Assembly: GCF_000281045.1 (NCBI RefSeq) | Contig: NW_008246084.1 | Span: 687,824 to 751,823 of the forward strand | DNA from: Saprolegnia diclina VS20 | Taxonomy: Eukaryota | DNA: 64,000 nucleotides | Direction: 5' to 3' | Shown here: piece by piece, positions 46,999 to 59,444 of the stretch | Layout: each line of letters starts with the position of its first letter | How positions within the stretch are numbered: position 1 is the first letter of the stretch | Program-made: the position numbers and the translations under genes | The notes under the pieces: model-generated | Told to the model about the DNA's origin: nothing | What the model saw: only the letters and a program-made list of their open reading frames with translations | The model's database searches: none

Positions 46999-47398
46999 GA
47001 GATAGGTGCAGCGCTCTCAAGCTGCTGCCTCAGGACCTCAACGGTGGCTTTGAGCGCTTGTGTCGTCTCGCGCAGAGAAAGTAGAGAATGTCGGACGAGT
47101 CGCAGCGCTGGAAGGTGCAAAAGCAACCGCCGATTGAGTAAATTTCGCTCGAAAGTCATTATTCATTCATGTTGTACTTGTCAAAATTCACAAATCGCAT
47201 CTTCAACTCGATAAATAGACCATGCGCAAAGTTGTGCAGTGTCGTTTCCATGCGGCCCTCATACTGGCGTTGGATTGGCTATAAAGGCGGTAAATACGTT
47301 TTTCTCGGCCTCGGAGTGGTCTATTTTCCAATATTTCCACGAATCACGTGCTCGTTGGTCGCCGGTCCCTCGGGCAGCCCCAGAAATCTTGCGTCAGC

Positions 47399-48436
47399 AT
47401 GGCGACCGAGCAGCACGACGCGTTCTTCCTGGGCGCCCACCTCAAGTACGTGGCGAACCTCTCCAAGCAGAAGGAGAGCCTCGAGAGCTGCATGAGCGAG
47501 CACATGCGCGTCTCCGGCTTCTACTGGGCGGTCGGCTGCCTCGCCGCGCTGGGCAAGGAGGCGGCGACGCCGGCGCCGCTCATCGACTGGCTCATTGCGT
47601 GCCAGCACCCGAACGGCGGCTTTGGCGGCAACCTCGGCCACGATCGCCATCTGCTCTACACGTGCCACGCCGTCTTGGCGCTCGCGATGCTCGGACGAGA
47701 AAGCGTCGTGCTCGTGGACGAGACGGCCGACTTTGTCGCGTCGCTCCAGCAGCCCGACGGCTCGTTCGTGGGCGACGAGCACGGCGAGGTTGACACCAAG
47801 TTTACGTACTGCGCGCTGAGCGTGCTCAAGATCCTCAAGCGAGAGCACAAGATCGACAACGACCGCGCCATGGCGTACCTCGCCACGTGCAAGAACTTTG
47901 ACGGCGGCTTTGGCAACATTCCTGGCTGCGAGTCGCATGGCGGGCACATCTTTACGGCCGTCGGCGCGCTTGCGATGGGCCAGCAGCTCCACCAGGTTGC
48001 ATATCCATCTCGAGGGCTGATGCTCACAGAATTGTATGCGTAGTACGTTGACGCGAATGGCCTCGGCTGGTGGCTCTGCGAGCGACAGTGCGACTCGGGC
48101 GGTCTCAACGGCCGCCCCGAGAAGCAGGCCGACGTGTGCTACAGCTGGTGGAACATCTCGTCGCTCGTTTTGCTCGGGAAGCTCCACTGGATCAACCGCG
48201 AGAAGCTCATCCAGTTCATCTTGAACTGCCAGGACAAGGAGGACGGCGGGATCGCCGACCGTCCCGGCAACGTGGCCGACATTTACCACACATTCTTTGG
48301 CATTTGCGGCCTGAGCATGCTCGGGTATTTCGACGGCAAGGAAGACTTTGGCGGCTTCCAGCGCATCCACCCTGTCTTTGCCATTCCCGAGCGGGACGTC
48401 GAGCGCTTGCAGCTGACCGCGCAGATCCTGCCGTAG
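47399..48436 (+). CDS. RABGGTB: Rab geranylgeranyltransferase type II beta subunit
   Basis: [72 protein letters not shown]; one intron near 47996-48043. Confidence 0.95.
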
Positions 48437-48545
48437 CCATTCTACTACTAGTACTACTAATCGTGCGTTGTTTCATGGGAAGTGAGATGAAGCGCATGCA
48501 TGCATGATACGGTCGCGTTCATTTCGCGGATAACCAATGATGCGC

Positions 48546-49476
48546 TTAAAGGTCCATGGGCGTACCGTCTTCGACGACCACCATGGGCTCGTAGTGCTGG
48601 CGAATGACACCTATGCGACGCATGAGTCGGCCATACATGCGAGATCATGGAGGACGTACGGGTCGCGCCACGCGGAATCGACGTCACGACGTTGCGGTTG
48701 ACCCGGCTGCGGAGCTCCGCGACGTTGTTGGGTGTGATGCAGTTGAACTCCTTCTCGACAACGACTTCGTTGTTGACCTTCTTGATCGTGAGCACATCGA
48801 CGTTGCTGCCCGAGCCGAGATCGTTGAAAACACCGGCAAGGATCGCGTCCTGGACGAGCTTCTTGGCCTCGGCCTCCGTCATATCGTCCTTGTAGCCAGC
48901 CTCAAAGATGCTCATAGCAGCCAAGCTGCCCGAGCCCATCGTCACAAACGGCAAGCGATCCGTGCTACCATGCGGGTAGATCGTGTAAAGCGACGGGCCG
49001 TTGACATCCACGCCGCCAAGCACAAGCGCCGCCGAGAGGTGGCCCTGGTACTGGAAGAGCTTCTGCTTGAGGAGCGTCATGGCGGTCGCGACACGCGACG
49101 ACGTGTCCGTGTTGAGGCGGTGGAGCTCCAACTGCGACGAAATCATCTGCGTCACGTTCTCGGTATCGGCGGCCGTGCCGGCGCCGCAGCACCAGATGTT
49201 GGGCGCAATGTAGTGGATCTTCTCGCAGTTCTTGTCCATGACGATGCTGCCGCCCGTCGAGCGCGTATCGGCGCCGAGCACGACGCCGTCCTTGTACACG
49301 ACGCCGACGATCGTCGTGCCCGTCTTCTGCACCCGGAACTTTGCCTGCGACGTCGCGCCGACAGCCGCCAAGAACTCGTTGCGGCGGACGTTCTCGAAGC
49401 TGAAGCCACCGACGTCGGCGCTGGCGGTCGCAAAGGCCGTCGGCTCGGCGCCCGTCGTGTTACGGAACTCACTCAT
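48546..49476 (-). CDS. PSMB7: 20S proteasome subunit beta type-7 (beta2/Pup1)
   Basis: [11 protein letters not shown] propeptide, [37 protein letters not shown]; last intron near 48611-48659. Confidence 0.97.
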
Positions 49477-49888
49477 CGTCAAGCGGAAATTCGGAAATGG
49501 CGTCTTGTCCGGATAAGAGACTTCGCACCACCGCACAAATCCGGCGGACCGCTCACTTAAGTTGCGTGCGGGATCTTGTTAGATCGCGATGGCAGGTTGG
49601 CGAGAGCACCGAGGTCGACGCCATGGGAAGCAGTAGGAATGAAGTAGACAATGCAACGACTAGGCCATCCTCGATCCATGCGGCAAGCATTAGTATGCTC
49701 CAGAGCATTGCAGGCGCAGGATGATGCCAAGGCGCTGTGAGCCCAATCGCCTCGCCGTTTGCCAAGCATGACGTCAAGCACGGAGACCCATGATGGTCGT
49801 ATCAATCTCCGCTGCTGATAGCAACCGTGCGAGGAAGAATAAGCTCCAACGTTTCGGCAGCTTCGAGAATCAAAGAATTCCTCGTATC

Positions 49889-50535
49889 ATGCTGCGGGTT
49901 CTTCTCGCGCTGGCGGTGGTCGCGACGGCGCTCGAGGTACCTGGCGCCTTCTGGAGCAACCGGTACGACGATAGCAGTAGCATTTGATCGAATGGACGGA
50001 GCGTGGTAGGTTTGCAGTGCACGAGAATGCCACGTCCAACGCAGTCGCGGCCATCGCAACCGAGCTGCTCGCCGATCTCAATGCCACGTCACTGCCCGAC
50101 GTCCTGCCGCTACTGTCGCCGCTCTTGCGCGGCAGCCCCATCGTCTTTGGCGACGGAGTCGCTTCGATCGACGCGACGACCCTTCGGCTCTCGGTGGCCA
50201 AGTCACTATTGCTGCTGCCGAGTCTCCGCGCCCCGTCCGCTCTGCACCGCGCCTATGTCGAAGTCCACATCGGGCTTTGGCAGACCCCGGGACCCGACGA
50301 CGGGACGACCTTTATGGTGCAGCATAGCTACGTGCAGCTCCTCCTTGATCTCTGGGCCATGGCGTCCTACACGCAGCAGGCAGAGCTCCGGCATGCGCTC
50401 ATGCGGTGTGCGGATGCGTCATGGCAGCAGCTGCGGACGACGCATTTGACGCCGTGGGCACTCGTGCACTACAAGCACCTCCGCTCGACAATCCTCTGCG
50501 AGCTTTTCGCTCTCGGATTGGATCCCGCGTCGTAA
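49889..50535 (+). CDS. Putative secreted hypothetical protein, 2 exons
   Basis: Signal-peptide-like MLRVLLALAVVATA, GT-AG intron about 49963-50009, then an open frame to 50535. Confidence 0.55.
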
Positions 50536-50566
50536 GACCAAATGGAATAGTGTCGTGTCTCAGATC

Positions 50567-53500
50567 TTATGGCTTGGCCTTGGCCTTCTTGCCCTTCTCC
50601 AGCGCCGACGCACGACTGGCAATGCGCTTGTCCATGTCTTCCTTGGCCAGTCGCTTGGCTTCGGCGAGGCTCATCTTGGGCAGCGGCGCCTTGACCTTGA
50701 GCGTCTTGGCCTTGCGCCCCGATTCGTCGCCGTCGCTTTTGCGCTTGCCCGCCCGCGCCGGACTTGCAGCCGCTGCCTCCATCGCGGCTTTAGCCGCAGC
50801 CGCGGCTGCCTTGGCTGCTTGGGCAGCAGCAGCTTCCGCTTCGGCACGGCGGCGTGACTCTTCCTGGGCGTGCTCGCGCAGCTTCGAGGTCGAGACCTCC
50901 ATGTTGAGCGCTTGCTGGCGAAACTTTTCCTTCTCGCGCTCGTGGCTCACAGCCTCGGCGCGCACGCGCTTGAGCTCGGCTTCGAGGCGATCGGCCTTGG
51001 CCTTCTCCAGTGCCAGCGTCGTCTGGAGCTGCTCCGACTCGCGCATTTTCTTTTCGAGCGCCGATGACATTTTGTTTTGGAGCGCTACGTCACAGGATAA
51101 ACACTTTGCTTCAAGAAAGTGCGTACCGGCCGCGGACGCTTGGCTCGACTTGGCCTCGGCCAACATCTTTTCACGCAGCGCGCGCTCCGTCTCGGCGAGC
51201 GCGTACGCTTTCTCCTTTTCGCGCTCGAGGGCCTCGGCCTTGGCTTTGGCGGCCGCTGCGAGGCGCGCCTCCTCTTCCTTTTGCTGGAGAATCGCTTGTT
51301 GCTGCGCTAACTGCGCTTGCATCGCGTCGAGCTCCTTCTGCAGCGCGGCTTGGCGACGCGACTGCTCGGCGACGGCTTTCTCCTTGTCAGCACGTTCTTT
51401 GGCGGCAATGCTCGTGGCTTGCTCAGCCAAACGCGCCTTTTCTTTTGCCATCTCCTCGGCTGTGACTCGAAGCGCCTCGAGCTGCTGCTCCAGCGCCTGT
51501 GTCTTGGTCGTCTGCAACGAGAGTTCTTCCGTCAAGTGCGCCGACGTCTGTTCCTTCTCGATCAAGATCGACTTGATCTGCTTCTCCCGCTCTAAGTTAT
51601 CACAATTCTCCTGTGTGGCACATCATGGCGTCAACAGTGTGTACCTTGGGCAAGGGCTTCCGTGTGCTGGACTTGGTTTTCGAGCTCCTGGAGACGAATG
51701 CGCTCGGCCTCGGCGGCTTCCATCCACTCCTTTTTCTCGACTTCCTTCCTACACCACAGTTTGTCGTACGGGATCACATTTCAAACACGAGACTACTGGT
51801 TGATGGTGCGGAGCTGGGCCTTCACAGTGGTCAAATCAACATGAAACTTGGTTTCCCAGTCCAGCGCCGACTTGTCCGACGTCGGCGCCTGCGTCAGCAT
51901 GTACTCGGCAGCCTGCGTCACGGCTTCCTTGAAGTACGTGTCGATGCTCGAGTCGCTCAGCGGCATTTGCTTGACAAGCCCGTCGTGGACGAGCGAAATG
52001 AGTTCGTCTTTTGTCTCTTGGTACACGCTCGCGGCATGGCGGCTGGCCGTGTCTTGGGTCACAATGCGGTTCTGCGCGCCAAATTGCCCGAGAAACTAGG
52101 GATGGGCCATGAGTCACCATTGTTCGAACGCGGACCATCTACCTGCTCCATGTTCTCCATCATGAGCGCACCAAAATGCTCCATGTCCTCTTGCGGAAAG
52201 CTCCAGCCTTGCATAGCTTCCGCAGCTTCCGTCACGACGCGGTCCTTGGCCTTGTGGATTACGGACACGAGCTGCGCGTCCTCCATCGGCAGCGTCTTGT
52301 CGCCGAGCGACCGGTGGATCTCGCGCTCGAGCGCCGCCTTGGCATCAACGTGGAACTGGTGCAAAACGTGGCGCACGTGCAGCGTGTACTGACGCTTGAG
52401 ATCTTCGAGCAGCTGCGTAAAGAAGACGCGGAGCTCTTGGCGAACGTCGAGGTCATCGAGTGCGTCGTTGCGCGGCGGCACATCAATCGTCTCGAGCCAT
52501 TGGGTGAGCTGCGCCTCGAGCATGGCGATGGTGAATGGCGCCTTGGCCTGGATGCGCTTGTCGAGCCAAGCGACACCTTTGGCCTTGAGCTCTAGCGTCG
52601 CCTTGGACAATTTCGCCTGGAGCTCGGTCGTGCGCGTCCGAATCGCACGCTCGTTCAAATGCTGGAGACGCTCCTTGAAGGCGGTCGCTTGTTGCTGCAG
52701 CCGGCGAATCTCGCCGTGGTACGTCGTCGCCGTCGACGTCGGGCACTCGAGAAGAGGCGCCGTGACCTTGGCCAGCGTCTGGTCGCAAATTGTGCTGAGA
52801 TCGGCGGGTGCGAGCGGGAGTTGGTCCTCAAGTTCGTTGAAGCGGGCCGAGAGGTTGTCGCTGGCGTTATCCATGAGTGTTTGGAAGTGGACCAAGACGA
52901 GCTCGTTGTTGGCCTTGGCGCTAGCGTCGACTTGGCGCTCGAGGAAGAGGTGGAGTCCCTTCTTGCACTCCTCGACCACGTCTTCGGGGTACTTTTGCAG
53001 CGACTGCATCGTCGAACCAAGGAGTCCCATCAACCTAATGGGATACCATGAGACATGCAGTTTAGCACGTACAAAGGAATACGCATCGGTGGCCTGACTC
53101 GAAAAGTCGGTTGTCGAGACGAGCGTCTCCGACTGCAGGAGCGCGTCACACATGCGCTGCATCTCGTCTTCGCACTCGCGCTGCTTCTTCTTGGCCTCGG
53201 CGCGGCGCATCGACGCATAGATGGACTCGGGCATAATGACGCGGTTGTCGTTCAAGATCTAGTCCACATGATAAGAGAAAATACGAGCCGCGACGCCACG
53301 TACCTCGGCAACGAACGGAATCATCTCCGAGAGCACGGGGCCCGTGAGCGTGTGATTGTTGAACTGCATTGGCGTCTTGAGCTGGTTCGAGAGCGTCTTG
53401 CGCAAGTCCCGCATCTGCGTCTGGAACGACGGCTGCAGCTGATCAAAGCGAATGCGCTCGCTCAGTTGGGCCGTGCTGACAACCTAATTTGTGATGGGTT

Positions 53501-54428
53501 AGCGAGGTCACATGAGCCACGAAAAATGGCGTACCGGGGACGGGAAGAGCCACACTTGAATGCTCTCAAAGGCGTCGACGAGCTCGTGGCGCGCGAGGTT
53601 GCGGTTCCCGACCTCCTTGTCACCGCCCTTCTCCTTCTTGAAGAGCGTATCGTAGACCTGCTCGGGCGTCGTATTGACAAAGTTCCAGTCGCGAAAGACG
53701 CTAATTAGCGTTGCATGAGAACTGGTCGAGACCAAGGGAAAGACGGGCGACGTACATGTGGAGGTGGCCAAACACCTTGCGGTTGTCGCCATCGGCCAGC
53801 TCAACGTTCTGCGCGGCCTTGGCGAGCACGGCGAGGAGGTTGAGCATGCGGTCGGCTTGAAGCGAGTCTTTCCAGTTGAAGATGACCACCTTGGACGTCA
53901 AAAGCACCGGCGACACCAAGCGCGAGTCGTCTATGCATATATATGAGGCCATGCACAATGATTGAGATTGTCCTTGTACATGTAATGTCGCGGTCGCCCT
54001 GTCCTTCCGCATCGACAAAGCCGACCTTCATGCTGCTCGAGACGCTTGGGTTGCCGTTTTGCCGGCTAAACTCGGTCAACGGCATGAAGTGGCTCGAGAG
54101 GTCGACGCCCTGCGTGCATGGCTCCTTCTCGTTTGAGATGCGGAAGAGGTCTTGCTGGTTCGCGAGGAGGTTCATGAGGAAGGACTTGCCCTGTCGTGCG
54201 GCGCCAAAGATGCTGATGAGGTTGATCGGCTGCGTCTCTGGGAGCGGCTTCAACACTTGCTCCGCGGCCGGCGCGACCGCCATCTTGCCGTGGCGATCCA
54301 TGCCCAGCCACTTCACTGCCTACCCCATGGAGACTATGATCTTCCATCCAGTTGCATGCATCTTCCAGAGGACCCGAGGCCCACGGATGCCGGGAACCGC
54401 GCCGACCTACCTGCATCGTCGGCTTCAT
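50567..54428 (-). CDS. Guanylate-binding protein (GBP/atlastin-like) GTPase with long coiled-coil tail, multi-exon
   Basis: G1 ISIFGAARQGKSFLMN, G2 CTQGV, G3 FVDAEG, G4 VFRDW; helical domain; E/K/A-rich coiled coil; basic C-terminus. Confidence 0.88.
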
Positions 54429-55699
54429 CCTTCGCTCCGTTCGCAGTTCTGGATTTGAAAGCTTGGCCAGTTCCCGAGACTTGGCCGTTGTATGGTATAC
54501 AGAAAGAGTGTTGTTCACGAGATGGCACCGTTATCCGTAATTTGAGGCATATGCCGCATATCAAGGGCACTATTTTCGGCAATAGATTGCGCCGTTCACA
54601 AGAACGCTCCGTTCTCGGAAAGCTCTCGGGTCGGTGCGAGTGCAGTTGACATACTATGCCTAGAAGGAACGTATTTATCTCCTTCTTCTTTCTTCTGGGA
54701 TTGTCGTCACCATTAGATGCAAACTTGGGTATTCTGGCCTCCTGGACCGCCACGGCATCGTTGGCAAACGATAAATTGCTATAATCCAAACCGACAACTG
54801 CACACTACCAGGTAGATCAAATACTAGCAGACAATGTCGCTCTTGAGGGAAATAAGACGGTATCACGTGCCGATGTCAACTGTGCTGAGAGCGTTGGCAC
54901 CGGCAGTACGTTGTCGCGATACCGAAATTCTGCCATACACGTCCTAGATACAGGGGCTAATCTCTTTTGACCACATTGCAGCTCGTTATAGCTCCCAACG
55001 TATTGAGGGCGCGTCCGCCAAATGAATAAAGGCAATTACCAGTTAAGAGACGACAGAGAGATAGAGCTGAGGTACTAGTAGGTTCGTCGTCGTCAGTGCA
55101 ACAATGTATACAATTTGTAGCTGGGCACTAACTATGGACTATATTGTTGGCGCTCGCGAGAGGCTCGCATTGGTGCGAACAACACGGCGAATCTTGCGGG
55201 GATTGCACCCCGGGCAAACGAGAGATGCTTCTTGCACTTGCTGCCTTTGGTGTTGGGCTTCAATCAGCAGTTCGCGGTGCTACTAATGCTATAAGAGAGA
55301 TGGCGGTGACCTGAGGCGGCGTGAAGCGCTCGCATCATGCATCTCGTCCAACGTACCAATGGCAGACAAAAATGAACTTTCCTGTTCGGGCTTGGGAGGA
55401 ATCTGAAACAGTGCTTCACTCGCCTTCGAGTTGAAGTTGTACCTCTAGCAATTGATATTCGTGTCCGACGCCGCCACTGGTCCTTGCTCGAGACAAGACG
55501 TCCTGTGTGTTTGGAAGGACCTCGCGAAGCAAGAGCTGCACTGTCGACACGTGCAAAGCTAGTATCTCGATGCTGTCCACCATTGAGTGGTGGTTCGCAC
55601 CTTGCACTTTTGGTCTTCAAGTATTCATTTTAAGAGACTTGCGAACGCCATCGGCTGCTGCTCGTGTCACATCGCGGGTGCAGACACAAACTGACTGCG

Positions 55700-56584
55700 A
55701 TGGTCACGATCACCGAAGTGGCGACGGCCGAGGCCTTCATGGCGGCGACACTGCCGCTTCGACTCCAGGCGCTCGAAGCCAGCAACCTCATTACCATGTC
55801 CATGACGCAGTCGCCTCCGACGCCGACCAAGACCAAGTGGTTCTACCTCCTCTCGGGTGACAGCGATCACACGCCCACGTCCTTTGCAGTGCTGACAGCG
55901 AACCAAGGTCCGTCGCTCGGACCCAACATGACGTACGATCAAGCTTTTGCGCTGGGCGAGTACGTCGCGACACAAGGCGTGACGAGCGTGACCGAGATCC
56001 ACGGGTACGAGCCCAGCACCAATGCGTTCGTTGACGGCTACCAGCAAGTGCACCCCGACACCACGTGGCGCACAGGCGGCGAACCTGGTCTTGTCTATCG
56101 CCTTGGCACACTGACGCCACCAGAGAATGCCGCTGGGGCGCTGGTGCCGGCCACGGACGCCGACATCGAGCCTCTTGTCGACTGGATGATCGCGTTCAAG
56201 ATGGACTGCTACGGGTCGGAACTGCCGCGCGAGGTAGCAACCGCATCCGTCACGTCCTCGATTGCCGCCGGCCGCATGTTTTTCCATGTCGTCGACGAGA
56301 CGCGTGTGGGCTTTGGCGCGTTCGCGCCGCCCATGACGACGGCCGACACGACCGTGTACATGCTCGGACCGATCTACATTGTGCCCTCGGCGCGGCGTCG
56401 GGGCCATGCCAAGGCGCTCACATCTGCCCTCGCGCTGCATGTTGAAGCGATTTGTCCGACGCAGGCGATTGCGCACATGCTCATTTCCGGTGCGGACAAC
56501 AAAGCGTCCAACCAAACGTATCGGAGCCTCGGGTTCGAGCCCGTGGGTCTCCTCGTCGGCTACTCTCTCCAGGCGACGCCATAG
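55700..56584 (+). CDS. GNAT acetyltransferase (copy 3)
   Basis: LGPIYIVPSARRRGHAKAL, DNKASNQTYRSLGF; paralog of copies 1 and 2. Confidence 0.85.
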   Translation: MVTITEVATAEAFMAATLPLRLQALEASNLITMSMTQSPPTPTKTKWFYLLSGDSDHTPTSFAVLTANQGPSLGPNMTYDQAFALGEYVATQGVTSVTEIHGYEPSTNAFVDGYQQVHPDTTWRTGGEPGLVYRLGTLTPPENAAGALVPATDADIEPLVDWMIAFKMDCYGSELPREVATASVTSSIAAGRMFFHVVDETRVGFGAFAPPMTTADTTVYMLGPIYIVPSARRRGHAKALTSALALHVEAICPTQAIAHMLISGADNKASNQTYRSLGFEPVGLLVGYSLQATP

Positions 56585-56772
56585 TAGGTACTAAAACCGA
56601 CAGTAATATCGTCCTCATAACGACTACTCATTTCCGACACATGCGTTGCTAGCTGTGTATGGACCTTATACTCGAGTCGGAAAAGCTACCGGTATGCCAG
56701 CACTGAGATAGCCCAAGCCCCTCTAAGCAAGAACGACAGATAACGCGTCTTGGGAAATAGGCATCAACTGTC

Positions 56773-57405
56773 CTAGTACGCATTGTACTTAGCATTCCAC
56801 GATTGGACTTTGGGGTGGTCGCGCACGGCGTCGTGAATGGCGCGCAAGTGCGCGCACTTGTCAATGAAATGTGTGTCCAGGACGCTTAGGCGGCTCGACT
56901 TGAAGGTCGCCATGAGTGCGTAGAGAGCAATGTCCGTGATACTCATGGTCTCGCCGAGCACAAAGACGCCCTTGGTCATCGCGATCCGCTTTTCGAGGAG
57001 GCCAAAGAGTTTGGGCAGCGTCGTCTGCGAGAGCTCGGTCGCCATGGTCTTTTGACGCACGACGTCTTTTTCGTAGACCACGGCGACTGTCGTCTTGACA
57101 ATATCGTCTTCAAAGGCGAGGATCTCGTCGACGCGCAGTGCATCGAGCGGGTTGGACGGGTACATGCCCGTGAGCTTCCCAACGTAGCGCGCAAGGCAGT
57201 GGCTCTGCGCATACTCGACGCCGTCGATCGTGAGCGTCGGCATCTGCTCAAAGGGAAACTCGGCTTTCCGGCGCAAAAACATCTCCATTGTGAGGCGCTC
57301 GTCCTTGAACGGAATGTCGTGGATGTAGAGGAGGAGCCGAATGAGCTCCGCGCGCCCAGGAATCGGAAAGTACGTGAGCTTCAGCTGCGGGTGCGTGTGG
57401 GGCAT
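56773..57405 (-). CDS. Glutathione S-transferase (sigma-like), copy 1
   Basis: KLTYFPIPGRAELIRL, FEQMPTLTIDG, AQSHCLARY, MSITDI. Confidence 0.93.
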   Translation of the reverse strand: MPHTHPQLKLTYFPIPGRAELIRLLLYIHDIPFKDERLTMEMFLRRKAEFPFEQMPTLTIDGVEYAQSHCLARYVGKLTGMYPSNPLDALRVDEILAFEDDIVKTTVAVVYEKDVVRQKTMATELSQTTLPKLFGLLEKRIAMTKGVFVLGETMSITDIALYALMATFKSSRLSVLDTHFIDKCAHLRAIHDAVRDHPKVQSWNAKYNAY

Positions 57406-57420
57406 GGCGCTGTCGATGGA

Positions 57421-57436
57421 AAAAGGTAAAGTGAAC
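57421..57436 (-). promoter_or_regulatory. Conserved initiator-like (INR/FPR-type) motif upstream of GST copy 1
   Basis: GTTCACTTTACCTTTT; near-identical GTTCACTTTGCCTTTT lies upstream of GST copy 2 (59452-59467). Confidence 0.45.
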
Positions 57437-58793
57437 AAGGACGTTGGGTCGTCGTGACGAAGGTGTGGAGTGCGTCGACATGGGTGGGATCGTCGCGCGT
57501 GGCAGGTGCAAGGGCATTACGAAACATGCCGTCGAACTCGTAGCAAGAACGTCCGTCGTGGGCACGTGGCAGCGCCAGCTGGCAGTAGCCCAGCATTGCA
57601 TTTCCAAAGTGCAAACTTGGCAATACACGTATGCAATGCTGCGATGAAGTCGGGACAAGGAGCTTGTAGTGACATCTTTTTCGAGCCTCTGGCAGCCGAT
57701 TTGCTAATGCACGCTATAAGCCCATCACTGGCCGAAAGGAGTGCACAACACAATGCACATGACCTCTTCTGGCAAAGGCACGCGGTGTGTCGGCCTTCGA
57801 AGCGGCTTGGGTGTAGGATGTGAGTCACGCTTGAAGCCTTTCACAAAAGTTGCCTACTACCGCAGCGCATGGGCTGTCTCTGTGGCGTAAGGTCCTCATA
57901 TTGATCCAAGGAGTGCGTTGAGAGAAGCAAAGAAAGGAGCTGTGCTTTGCCCACCACCCGATGTGCAACACATCCACACCATTCGAACCCGTCAAAAGTA
58001 GGATGAGCAGTTTAGCAGCGCAAAGAGACGCCATGAACGCCACTGTGGGCAGAGGGCAAGGTCCTCGCGCGTGCTGCAGTGCAGGAGCACACCTAGCTTT
58101 GCACCCAGCAGTAGATGCTAGTGCCCCCTGACGCAACGTGCAAAGCGCGCATGACAAAGGCACCCTACTGGTAACCACGGTCGGACTTCCTCCAATTCAC
58201 TGAGAAGGCTCGGCCAGTAACGCGTGACGAGTCGTCGTCGCTTCTGTGCTTGGTATCAAGGGCTCCTTGCATGTATTTCATTGCTTACCCCAGTCAAAGC
58301 TCTGCTTACAGTGGCTGCGACTGTTGGTGCCCTTGAGCGCAGTAGCGTTTGGTAACAGGTCAGCTCCGTCGCGAGGACTCCGTCGTCTACACTGTAACCT
58401 ATATATCGACCCATGGGACTTGAGTCTCTTCGCAGGTGTTGGGCACTTGTTCTTTGCAAAAGCTCAAAACTTATTCGCACGACTACACCGGCGAGCGTGC
58501 GAAAGCCACTACTGCAGCCGCAACTTCTTGCGTTCGCCCACGAAGGAGCTATGGACTTTGCTAACTTGCGTCGTCATAGTCTATGCTGACAAGCAACAAC
58601 GGCGAGTGTTAAATTCTTCTATGACTCAAGGAAGAATCTAACTTTCGTCGCTGGCGTCGATGTGCAACTGTGTCGCGTCGTCAACGCATTGTGCGAGCCA
58701 TCTGTTTCGCGACCACAGTCCACACAGAACAACACGCAGCGACTTGTTTCTCCCGGTTAACTTTGTCTTAGTCCAACCTGGCAAATCACGAAA

Positions 58794-59444
58794 CTACTCG
58801 GGCTTGCTCCGCTCGGCCTGCTGGGCGTAATAAGCTTGAACCTTTGGATGGCCGTGCAACACAGTGTAGATGGCGCGCCAGTGCGGGTAGTCGTCGACGA
58901 ACGCAGTGTCCATGGGTGAAAATCGTCCAGATTTGAACGTGGCAAAGAGCACATACAGTGTAACATCGGCCATCGTCATGGTCTCGCCCAGTACAAACGT
59001 GCCTTTGGTCACCGCCAGTCGACGTTCCAGGAGCTCAAAAAGGTGCGGCAGCTTGCTGCTCGCGAGCTCGGTTGCGAGCGCCGTCTTGCGCTCAATGTCT
59101 TGCTCGCGGAGCATCGGAATGAGCGCCTGTACCACGTCTTCTTGAAATGAGAGCATCTCGTCGACGCGCAGTGCGTCGATTGGGTCGGACGGGTACATGC
59201 CCGTGAGCTTCCCGACATAGCGCGCGAGGCTGTGGCCTTGGGCAAACTCAACACCGTCGATCGTGAGCGTCGGCACTTGTTCAAACGGAAACGACGCCTT
59301 GCGAGCCGCAAATGCGTCCCGGGTCAGCCGCTCGTCTTCGAAAGGAATGTCGTGCAGCGACAACACGAGGCGAATCAGCTCGGCGCGCCCCGGCATGTCA
59401 AAGTACGTGAGCTTCAAGCTCGGGAGCGCACGGTTCGTCGTCAT
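58794..59444 (-). CDS. Glutathione S-transferase (sigma-like), copy 2
   Basis: KLTYFDMPGRAELIRL, FEQVPTLTIDG, AQGHSLARY, MTMADV. Confidence 0.93.
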   Translation of the reverse strand: MTTNRALPSLKLTYFDMPGRAELIRLVLSLHDIPFEDERLTRDAFAARKASFPFEQVPTLTIDGVEFAQGHSLARYVGKLTGMYPSDPIDALRVDEMLSFQEDVVQALIPMLREQDIERKTALATELASSKLPHLFELLERRLAVTKGTFVLGETMTMADVTLYVLFATFKSGRFSPMDTAFVDDYPHWRAIYTVLHGHPKVQAYYAQQAERSKPE

